In this document: piece by piece, positions 1-7,602 of the stretch
Position numbering within the stretch: the first letter of the stretch is position 1
Layout of the letters: every line of letters begins with the position of its first letter
Virus record (IMG/VR): IMGVR_UViG_3300025070_000114
Location: 1 to 34,853 of that record
DNA length: 34,853 bases
Strand: one strand, 5' to 3'
Source of the DNA: a virus
Lineage: Duplodnaviria; Caudoviricetes
Made by a program: the position numbers and the translations under genes
Notes under the pieces: model-generated
Seen by the model: the letters and a program-made list of their open reading frames with translations, nothing else
Told to the model about the DNA's origin: nothing
The model's database searches: none

Positions 1-150
1 CGTTAAGTGTACGCCTGAGTGTGACTACGTTGTCTTTCGCGGCACTAACTCTTTAGGGGATTGGCTGTTTAATCTGTCTGCCTTCCCCGCGTACTACAAC
101 AGGCGATGGACGCATGGTGGCTTTGCCCTGGCGCACAAGTCTGTATGGAA
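1..150 (+). repeat. Terminal direct repeat, left copy (circular overlap)
   Basis: 1-150 matches 34704-34853 except at 127, 130 and 133. Confidence 0.97.
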
Positions 151-595
151 GAGAATCAAACGCTTACTTAACCCTCACAAGAAGACCGTCATTACAGGAC
201 ACTCTCTTGGTGGAGCGTTGGCTGAGTTGTCAGCATGGGCGTGTAGAGACTTTACTGACCTTACAATGATTACCTTTGGCAAGCCAAGGGTTTTTCTTCG
301 AGGCTCTAAGAAACAAATGAACCACGCTGTTCAAGTCTCTTACGTCTCAGGTAGTGACGTTGTGACTCGTATCCCCAAGATAGGGTACAAGCCTGACGCA
401 AACCAAGACTTAGTATACTTTGACAATTGGGGACAGGTGTTCTTTAACCCCCCTCAAGGTTACGTTAGCAATGACTTTGGACTAGGCGATGCTATCTCAG
501 ATCATTCAATGCAGGGCTATGAGCAGATTGTTAATGATATGCACCTTAGCATTGCAGAGCTGCGCCATCACAGACAACCTCTCAGACGGGTATGA
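2..595 (+). CDS. Class 3 lipase (alpha/beta hydrolase), 3' part; gene starts at 34606 and crosses the junction (230 aa total)
   Basis: Open frame from base 2 with motifs VVFRGT, DW, HGGF, TGHSLGGALA (nucleophile elbow), TFGKPRV, DVVTRIP and DHSMQGY. Confidence 0.9.
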   Translation, partial: VKCTPECDYVVFRGTNSLGDWLFNLSAFPAYYNRRWTHGGFALAHKSVWKRIKRLLNPHKKTVITGHSLGGALAELSAWACRDFTDLTMITFGKPRVFLRGSKKQMNHAVQVSYVSGSDVVTRIPKIGYKPDANQDLVYFDNWGQVFFNPPQGYVSNDFGLGDAISDHSMQGYEQIVNDMHLSIAELRHHRQPLRRV

Positions 596-731
596 CCGAG
601 GTGATATTAGTAAGGGGTTGGTTGAGGATTTTAAAATCTATTGTACGCCGCCTGTTACACACATTAGAAAGGCGGGAAGGACAATACTCTTAGCAACAAC
701 AGGAATACTGTTACCGGATGTATGCCCATGA
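519..731 (+). CDS. Small lipoprotein overlapping the lipase 3' end
   Basis: From ATG 519: MSRLLMICTLALQSC, a signal peptide II with lipobox-like LQSC; two further Cys in the mature part. Confidence 0.65.
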   Translation: MSRLLMICTLALQSCAITDNLSDGYDRGDISKGLVEDFKIYCTPPVTHIRKAGRTILLATTGILLPDVCP

Positions 732-907
732 TAGTAGAGTTTCCCGAAACAAAGTCAGAAAAGTTGATAGAAGACGCAATGGAAGAACTCGGCACATGGG
801 TCGAGTCACAAATAGAGAAAGGGGTTAGCCCCATAATCCTGATAGGTTTGATGGAGACATATAAGTCTGCACTATCTTACAACCTGTTAGTAGACGAGGA
901 CGAGTAA
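722..907 (+). CDS. Hypothetical acidic protein
   Basis: 61 aa ORF overlapping both neighbours; TAATG coupling at 905-909. Confidence 0.7.
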   Translation: MPMIVEFPETKSEKLIEDAMEELGTWVESQIEKGVSPIILIGLMETYKSALSYNLLVDEDE

Positions 908-2496
908 TGTCAGATGATCCAATGAGAGGCTTGTTTGGAGAAGCGCCTGATCCTTTTAACTTTGAGTTTGGCCTTGGCGGTTTAGCTGATTATGGCGGGG
1001 GCAGTGCTGACGCATTTAACAGAGAGGCTCTAACAGGCGCAATTGACTCTGCTATTCAACAAGGATTGCAGGGTTTACCTACTGCTGCTGACGCTGTGGC
1101 AGGCGGTCAATTAGGTTTAGAAGCGCGGGTTCAAGAAGGATTTAATACATTAGAAAACCTAATGAACAAGCCCGTGGAAGAAATGACGGCAAGTGAGCGT
1201 CAAATTTATAACGGTATTATAAACTCAGGAGGGTTTGCTCCTTTTATACCTTTCTTTAATAACACGACAGAAAGCTCCTCAAGCGCAGAAGATTCAGATG
1301 CAGCAGCATCTCAAGCAGCAGCAGATGCAGCAGCAGCGGACGCAGCATCTCAAGCAACAGCGGACGCAGCATCAGATGCAGCAGCATCTAGCGCAGCAGA
1401 CTCATCTCTTGAAAGCACTGTAGCAGCAGACACAGACCTTACAGGAGATACAGATAAAACCGCAGAAGAATTAGCGGCAGAGTCTTCAGGGGCATATTCA
1501 GTAGGCGACATTGTAACTGACGACAGGATTGTTGGTAAGTATCAGTATATTTATGACGCAGATGCTGATGTGTTTCATTTCACTCCGTTTGATGACAGTG
1601 GCAATAGAATCTACACAGGGGAAACACTAGATGCTTCTACTGTGAAAAACTTTGATTCAGACGAGGCAAGTACAGGTGATACTAAATCTATTATGTTTGA
1701 CCCTGTAACAGGCGAGGCAAGCGTTGAGCAGATTGGCGATGCAAGCACTAACACAGACGACACTAAAGACACAGGCTCTACAGGTGATTTGTTAAACATC
1801 ACTATTACCGGAGGCAGCTTAGTTGATGCTGTAATCAACTCTAAGATTTATGGGCCATTTCAAACAGATGGCGATACGGTGGTTACAAACGGTGATGATA
1901 AAGCTGTTATTACTAACGGCGATGACAATTCTGATGATGAAGATGATGAAGCTGAAGATGACACAATTGTAGATGACACAATTGTAGATGACACAATTGT
2001 AGATGACACAATTGTAGATGATGACGGTGATGATGGCGGTGATGATGGCGACAAATCAATTATTGTAGGAGACAAAGGGGACAAAGGGGACAAAGGGGAC
2101 AAAGGGGACAAAGGTGATGACGGTGATGATGGCGATGATGGCGATGATGGTGATGATGGCGATGATGGCAAGGATGGTGATGATGGCAAGGATGGCCTAG
2201 ACGGTCGTGATGGATTAGATGGCCTAGACGGTCGTGATGGATTAGATGGCCGTGATGGTGATGATGGCCTAGACGGCAATGACGGAAGAGATGGTAATGA
2301 CGGTCGTGATGGTCTAGACGGAAGAGACGGTCGCGATGGGAAAGACGGCAAAGACGGAGTTATAGGATTATTTACTGCTATTCAAGGCGCTCCGTTAACA
2401 GAATCAATTTTATTCGAGCCTCAGTTTACAGAGCTTGATAACGTACAACTTGGAATGTTTGAAAGATTCCTTCGTGCCGCAGGAGGCAGACGATGA
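907..2496 (+). CDS. Acidic collagen-like repeat protein, probably virion-associated
   Basis: About 32 consecutive G-X-Y triplets, an Ala-rich stretch and DDTIV repeats; lies directly before the tail adaptor gene. Confidence 0.8.
   Translation: MSDDPMRGLFGEAPDPFNFEFGLGGLADYGGGSADAFNREALTGAIDSAIQQGLQGLPTAADAVAGGQLGLEARVQEGFNTLENLMNKPVEEMTASERQIYNGIINSGGFAPFIPFFNNTTESSSSAEDSDAAASQAAADAAAADAASQATADAASDAAASSAADSSLESTVAADTDLTGDTDKTAEELAAESSGAYSVGDIVTDDRIVGKYQYIYDADADVFHFTPFDDSGNRIYTGETLDASTVKNFDSDEASTGDTKSIMFDPVTGEASVEQIGDASTNTDDTKDTGSTGDLLNITITGGSLVDAVINSKIYGPFQTDGDTVVTNGDDKAVITNGDDNSDDEDDEAEDDTIVDDTIVDDTIVDDTIVDDDGDDGGDDGDKSIIVGDKGDKGDKGDKGDKGDDGDDGDDGDDGDDGDDGKDGDDGKDGLDGRDGLDGLDGRDGLDGRDGDDGLDGNDGRDGNDGRDGLDGRDGRDGKDGKDGVIGLFTAIQGAPLTESILFEPQFTELDNVQLGMFERFLRAAGGRR
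1957..2016 (+). repeat. Perfect 15-bp tandem repeat x4 (GATGACACAATTGTA, encoding DDTIV)
   Basis: Copies at 1957, 1972, 1987 and 2002. Confidence 0.95.
2068..2355 (+). repeat. 9-bp periodic collagen-coding repeat
   Basis: GGGGACAAA x4 at 2077-2112, followed by GGYGATGAY and GGCCTAGAC/GGTCGTGAT units. Confidence 0.95.
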
Positions 2497-3140
2497 CATA
2501 TTTAGAAGCTATTAACAGTGTGCTTCGGCGGTTACGAGAAGACCAAGTAGACACAGCCCTTGAGTCTGACTACTCCGCATTGGTCGGAGACTTTGTTAAT
2601 GACGCAAAGAGGATAGTAGAAAACTCTTTTAATTGGTCAGCCCTTCGCGACACAGTGACCTTTGATACTGTTAATGGCACAGCGGAGTATTCACTAACAG
2701 GCTCAGGCCAAGAGGCCGTGCTGAAGGATGTAATCAACGACTCAGCTAATAGGATGATGAAGCTAGAAACCAAGTCATTCTTTAATAATGTATACTTCAA
2801 TCAAGACGTTACCTCGGGTTCGCCGTCTACCTACACCATCACGGGAGTAGATGCGAATGACGACCTCAAGGTTAAGGTCTACCCACAGCCTGACGGTATA
2901 TACAACCTGCGGTTTGACATGGCTAAACCTCAAGGCTTGATTACGGCAGACGCTACAAAGATCAACGTACCTCACAACCCTGTAGTCCAAATGGCCTTCG
3001 CTATGGCTCTGAGGGAGAGAGGAGAGACGGGAGGTCAGTCAGCAGCAGAGCAGTTCGCTATTGCTTCTACGGCCTTATCTGACGCGATAGCTATTGACGC
3101 TAACCGTTACCCTGACGAAACAACATTTATGGTGGTTTAG
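2493..3140 (+). CDS. Head-tail adaptor / tail tubular protein A-like
   Basis: N-terminus MTYLEAINSVLRRLRE, WSALR and VYPQPD motifs; size and position typical of podovirus adaptors. Confidence 0.7.
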   Translation: MTYLEAINSVLRRLREDQVDTALESDYSALVGDFVNDAKRIVENSFNWSALRDTVTFDTVNGTAEYSLTGSGQEAVLKDVINDSANRMMKLETKSFFNNVYFNQDVTSGSPSTYTITGVDANDDLKVKVYPQPDGIYNLRFDMAKPQGLITADATKINVPHNPVVQMAFAMALRERGETGGQSAAEQFAIASTALSDAIAIDANRYPDETTFMVV

Positions 3141-4664
3141 ATGGCTCAACAGCTACAAAGCATTACCATTACTGCACCGGGATTCGCGGGGATAAACACC
3201 CAAGACGCACCCTTGGCGCAGGACGCAAGTTTCTCTGCGGTCGCGGACAACTGTGTCATTGATAAGGAAGGTCGTGTTGCCGCGAGGAAGGGTTATGAAA
3301 TCCTGAATGGCAACGACCTTCTAGGGTCGTCTGACGGCATAGAGTCTATGGGTGAGTTTGTTGCTCAGGATGGAGACATTACGTTTTTCTCCGCAGGCAA
3401 CAACAAGATATTCTCAGGCACTACCACGATGGTGGACGAGACTCCTGCGGCCTACACCATTACAGAAAGCAATTGGAAGATGGTCAACTTCAATGACCAT
3501 ATGTACTTCTTCCAACGTGGACATGAGCCTTTGGTGTACGCAGACCACACAGGCGCTTTAGTTGCTATGTCTGATCATCCTCACTCTTCAGGCACACCTC
3601 CTGAAGGGCATGTAGCTATTGCTGCGTTTGGTCGCATGTGGGCAGCAGACTTTGATGATGATAAGTCTACGATCTATTGGTCAGACCTGTTAGACGGCAC
3701 TCATTGGTCAGGAGGCTCAACAGGGTCTTTAGACATCACTAACTTTTGGCCTACAGGGTATGACACTATCACCGCTCTTGCGGCACACAATGGATTCCTG
3801 ATCATCTTCGGTCGCCACTCCATTCTAGTCTACGAAGGCGCAGGCAGCCCTGCTAACATGACGTTGTCAGACACTGTTTCTAACATTGGTTGTGTAGGCA
3901 GAGACGCTGTAGTCAGTACAGGTAAAGACTTAATCTTCCTCGATGACTCAGGTGTGCGTAGCCTCTCAAGGACTATCCAAGAGAAGTCAGCCCCTATTGG
4001 AGATATATCCAAGAACGTCAACAACGATATTAAGTCTCTCTTCGCGGCAGAGACAGGGAATATCAGTATGCACTACTCGCCACAGCAGGCGTTTGTGTTA
4101 CTAAACTTCCCACAATTGGGTGTAGTGTATGCCTTTGACACACGTTTCCCGCTACAGGATGGGAGTTTCAGGTCGACTACTTGGAGTCATATGAACCCCT
4201 TGTGCTTCGCGGAGACATCTTCTGAGAAGCTGTACTTTGGCGTTCAGGACGGAATAGCAGAGTATAAAGGGTATTCCGACAACAACACCGGATACCTCTT
4301 GAGTTACTTCAGCCATCCCTTGAGCTTTGGTAATACCTCGAACCTCAAGTTCCTCAAGAAAATAAACCTCACTACCTTTGACGGAGCTGAGGCTACGGTC
4401 GTATTGAATTGGGCGTATGACTATTCAGGTAACTACAGGAAGCAAGCCTACACTTTACCGCAGTCAAACGTGGGACAATACAACATCTCAGAGTTCAACA
4501 CAGAGGCTGAGTATTCATCCTCTATCGCGTTGATTAAACGCAAGAAGATCAACGCCTCCGGTCAGGGTACAGTCGTGGCTGTGGGTGTAGAAACAACGGT
4601 TGATGGTAAGCCCATCGCCTTACAAGAAATCAATATTCAAGCCCTTATGGGAAGGATAGTGTAA
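3141..4664 (+). CDS. Tail nozzle / tubular protein B-like (beta-propeller)
   Basis: 507 aa, beta-rich, with IYWSD and IGCVG motifs; follows the adaptor gene. Confidence 0.7.
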   Translation: MAQQLQSITITAPGFAGINTQDAPLAQDASFSAVADNCVIDKEGRVAARKGYEILNGNDLLGSSDGIESMGEFVAQDGDITFFSAGNNKIFSGTTTMVDETPAAYTITESNWKMVNFNDHMYFFQRGHEPLVYADHTGALVAMSDHPHSSGTPPEGHVAIAAFGRMWAADFDDDKSTIYWSDLLDGTHWSGGSTGSLDITNFWPTGYDTITALAAHNGFLIIFGRHSILVYEGAGSPANMTLSDTVSNIGCVGRDAVVSTGKDLIFLDDSGVRSLSRTIQEKSAPIGDISKNVNNDIKSLFAAETGNISMHYSPQQAFVLLNFPQLGVVYAFDTRFPLQDGSFRSTTWSHMNPLCFAETSSEKLYFGVQDGIAEYKGYSDNNTGYLLSYFSHPLSFGNTSNLKFLKKINLTTFDGAEATVVLNWAYDYSGNYRKQAYTLPQSNVGQYNISEFNTEAEYSSSIALIKRKKINASGQGTVVAVGVETTVDGKPIALQEINIQALMGRIV

Positions 4665-4897
4665 TGTCGAACTATACTAAACTAACTAACTTCGCAGCCA
4701 AGGACGCTTTGGTTAGCGGTAACCCTGCCAAAGTAATCAAAGGCTCAGAGGTTGGGGCTGAATTTGATGCGATTCAGGTAGCCGTAGCCACGAAGTCTGA
4801 CGCTGCGAGTCCTACTTTCACAGGCTCAACTACAATGGCAGACCTAACAGTGAGTGGTACTTTCACCGTTGGCACGATTGATGGAGGTACATACTAA
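4664..4897 (+). CDS. Small virion (tail) protein
   Basis: TAATG-coupled on both sides; EFDAIQVAVATK and SPTFTG fibre-like motifs. Confidence 0.65.
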   Translation: MSNYTKLTNFAAKDALVSGNPAKVIKGSEVGAEFDAIQVAVATKSDAASPTFTGSTTMADLTVSGTFTVGTIDGGTY

Positions 4898-5904
4898 TGG
4901 GTGACGATATTTTAGATTTTCTTAAAGGAATTCCGGGCAGTTCTTTAGGAGGTTTAATCTCCGGAATTGGCGGTGCTGCTGCTCAAAACAAAATCATCAA
5001 AGATATTGAAGCGGCGGGTGAGAAAGACTTCTCTACAATCTTTGGTAAAAACTATCAATCGCCTGAAGGAGGGTTAATTGGTCAGGCTGAAAGGGATACA
5101 GAGTTTAAGGGTTTTACTGTAACAACTCCTACAGCTACTAGCACTGTAGGAAAAACGGGTGACGTTTCTTTAGGGTTAACTCCTGAGCAAATAGCTTTAC
5201 AAGAACAGTTGTCAGGCTTTACTAAGAGCGCATTTGATACACTAGGTAGTCCTGAAGCAAGAGCTGAAGAGCAAGCTAATATTATCGGCATGCTTACTCA
5301 AGACCCTGCTCAACGAGCTACTCGCGAGCAAGAGCTTTATGACCGTATTCGAGCTACTCAAACACCCGAAGAGCAAAGAGAGGCTTTAGCTCTTGAGGAA
5401 AGGCTGTTTAATCAAGGCAGGCTTGGAGTAAACACCGCAATGTATGGCGGTACACCTGAACAGTTAGCGCGAGCAAAAGCAGTAGAGGAAGCAAAAGCAG
5501 GAGCATCTGTTGATGCAATTACACAGGCAAGACTTGAGCAAGCACTAAATTCAGAGCAAATTCTCGCGGGTCTTGGTGAAACTCGTGAAAGGTTAGGCTT
5601 GTTTGGCGATCTTGGCCTACAAGGCTTGCTTGCTTCTTATTTGCCGCAAGACAAAGCGCTCGAAGCACTTAGCCCTTCTTTAGATGCTGCACGAATCCGC
5701 TCAGCACTACAGTCTACGGGTGCAACTTTAGGCGCGCAGCTTGGAGAAACGGGTCTTGAGGCTCAGTTGGCTTATTTCTCACTAGCCAACGCTCTACGTC
5801 AACAGCAGTTCCAAGGACTGTTTGATTTGTTGAAGGGCGAGCAGGCAAATCAAAAGCCTGACGTTGAGGCGGTGTTAAAGCAAATTGCCAATCAGGAATA
5901 TTAG
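4897..5904 (+). CDS. Probable DNA ejection / internal virion protein
   Basis: Gly-rich hydrophobic N-terminus, Q/A-rich helical body, position after the nozzle. Confidence 0.6.
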   Translation: MGDDILDFLKGIPGSSLGGLISGIGGAAAQNKIIKDIEAAGEKDFSTIFGKNYQSPEGGLIGQAERDTEFKGFTVTTPTATSTVGKTGDVSLGLTPEQIALQEQLSGFTKSAFDTLGSPEARAEEQANIIGMLTQDPAQRATREQELYDRIRATQTPEEQREALALEERLFNQGRLGVNTAMYGGTPEQLARAKAVEEAKAGASVDAITQARLEQALNSEQILAGLGETRERLGLFGDLGLQGLLASYLPQDKALEALSPSLDAARIRSALQSTGATLGAQLGETGLEAQLAYFSLANALRQQQFQGLFDLLKGEQANQKPDVEAVLKQIANQEY

Positions 5905-5914
5905 GAGTTAAACA

Positions 5915-7594
5915 ATGGCTATAGACGTACAAAGCCTGTTCGCGGACATCATTGATACTCCTGAACAGCGTCAACAGAAACTACTTCAACAAGGCATGGC
6001 GCAAGGTCAACTCCTTGCATCAGGTCTTCGTGGTCGTGCAGCAGCGTTAGCCCCTCTTGCTCAGGTAGCAGGTCAACTTGGTGTTCAGCGTAGTGAAGAC
6101 CTCCGCCGTGCAGTGCAGCCTATGATTGGTATTGACCCAAGGACTACGGGTGAGAAGCTTGCAGAGCAGCTAGGCCAAATAGACACCTCTACTCCTCAAG
6201 GCTTAATGCAAGCAGCTCAGGCTATTCAGTCTATTGATCCTGTTCGCGCGGCTGCATTAAGGCAATCTGCTACCGAACTAACACGAGAGTTAGAAGATCG
6301 CGAAAGAAAAATGAAACGAGAAGACGAGGCAGATGAAAGAGCTAGAGCAGCTCTCGCATTGGAGACTGGGTCTTTTATTGACAGAATGACTACAGCAGCA
6401 ATGCAGCGCGATCAACTTGCACTCACAACACAAAGATTGCAAGGCACTATTGAAGATGAAGAAACTCGTAGAAATATCGAGCAAGAAGCTAGAGCCGCAA
6501 GAAAAGAGCTAGAAGAAAACTTAGCTGATGCTTATGCCGAAAATCCTTCGACTAGAGAGCTGTCTGATTTTATTCGTAGCGGAGCTATGTCAACACAAGG
6601 ACTGGAAAGCTTAATTACTCCCTCTCAAACTGAGTGGAGTTTTGATACTCAGCAGTTTGTTGGAAAGGATGGCAAGACTGTAAATATGAGGGTTGCTGTT
6701 GATACTACAAACCCAAGCAACATTGTAATAATGAATCCCGCTAAAGATCAGCCAGAGCCTACCAAGCTTCCGGAAGTGCCAAAACTAACTGAGTCAGAGA
6801 TAGATAATCAGTACGCTCCTGCAATAAATAACAACCCAACACTAAAATCTTTAGTTGAAGGAGAAAGTAATTTTTTGGGCGAAGATGATCCTGCTGCTAT
6901 TACGATCGAAGAGCTTTCTGACGTAATGCACACTTTGAGATACAGCAAAAAAATTCCTTTACCTCAAGTTAATACCATTATCACTCAGTTAGCGAGAGAA
7001 AATCCTGACGCATTAGCTAGAGGAATAATTCCTCAGCAATATATAAATTTAGCGCAACAGTCTATTGGTAGTGGAGGAAATCCTCCTCTTAATCCGGCAG
7101 AACAAAACACAGGAACAAGCACCGACCCTCAACCTTTGTCTGATAACATTTTTTCACGGTATCCAGACTTAAGAATTTTGCCAAGCAGAGATGTTACTCC
7201 TTCAACTCAAGCGCAAGGAGGCATGCCTATCCCTCCTGCTCAGGATTCTGTGCCTAATCCATTTAATGTAGGTATAAACACAACAGCTCAGCCTGTCTCA
7301 GATATGCGGCTTGGCTCACCCGCTGTAGGATATGACGAGGCATTTACTAGACAAATACAAATGGAAGAAGAAAGAGTTCGCGAAGGTATTGTTAGCCCTT
7401 ATAGGCTCAACATAGTTAAACGCAACTTTTCTCGTCAGCTAGAAAAAAGACAAGAGCAACTTAAAAACGAACTAAGATATTTGAAGGGCTTAAAAAGCTA
7501 TGCTGCTCCCAATAAAGAAGAGCGCATTTCGGCAGTTCAGTCTCAGTTAAAAGACGTAGAGCAAAAGCTTAACCGATACAAAGTCTCAGACTAG
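5915..7594 (+). CDS. Probable internal virion / ejection protein
   Basis: AGGAG RBS, 559 aa with coiled-coil segments, podovirus synteny. Confidence 0.6.
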   Translation: MAIDVQSLFADIIDTPEQRQQKLLQQGMAQGQLLASGLRGRAAALAPLAQVAGQLGVQRSEDLRRAVQPMIGIDPRTTGEKLAEQLGQIDTSTPQGLMQAAQAIQSIDPVRAAALRQSATELTRELEDRERKMKREDEADERARAALALETGSFIDRMTTAAMQRDQLALTTQRLQGTIEDEETRRNIEQEARAARKELEENLADAYAENPSTRELSDFIRSGAMSTQGLESLITPSQTEWSFDTQQFVGKDGKTVNMRVAVDTTNPSNIVIMNPAKDQPEPTKLPEVPKLTESEIDNQYAPAINNNPTLKSLVEGESNFLGEDDPAAITIEELSDVMHTLRYSKKIPLPQVNTIITQLARENPDALARGIIPQQYINLAQQSIGSGGNPPLNPAEQNTGTSTDPQPLSDNIFSRYPDLRILPSRDVTPSTQAQGGMPIPPAQDSVPNPFNVGINTTAQPVSDMRLGSPAVGYDEAFTRQIQMEEERVREGIVSPYRLNIVKRNFSRQLEKRQEQLKNELRYLKGLKSYAAPNKEERISAVQSQLKDVEQKLNRYKVSD

Positions 7595-7602
7595 GAAAGT
7601 AA

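Noticed and set aside
218-595. 125 aa ORF as a stand-alone gene
   Set aside because: It is the C-terminal half of the lipase, whose frame is open from 34606 across the junction
1860-2351. 163 aa Ser/Pro-rich ORF on the - strand
   Set aside because: Antisense shadow of the collagen/Asp repeats; no RBS or independent evidence
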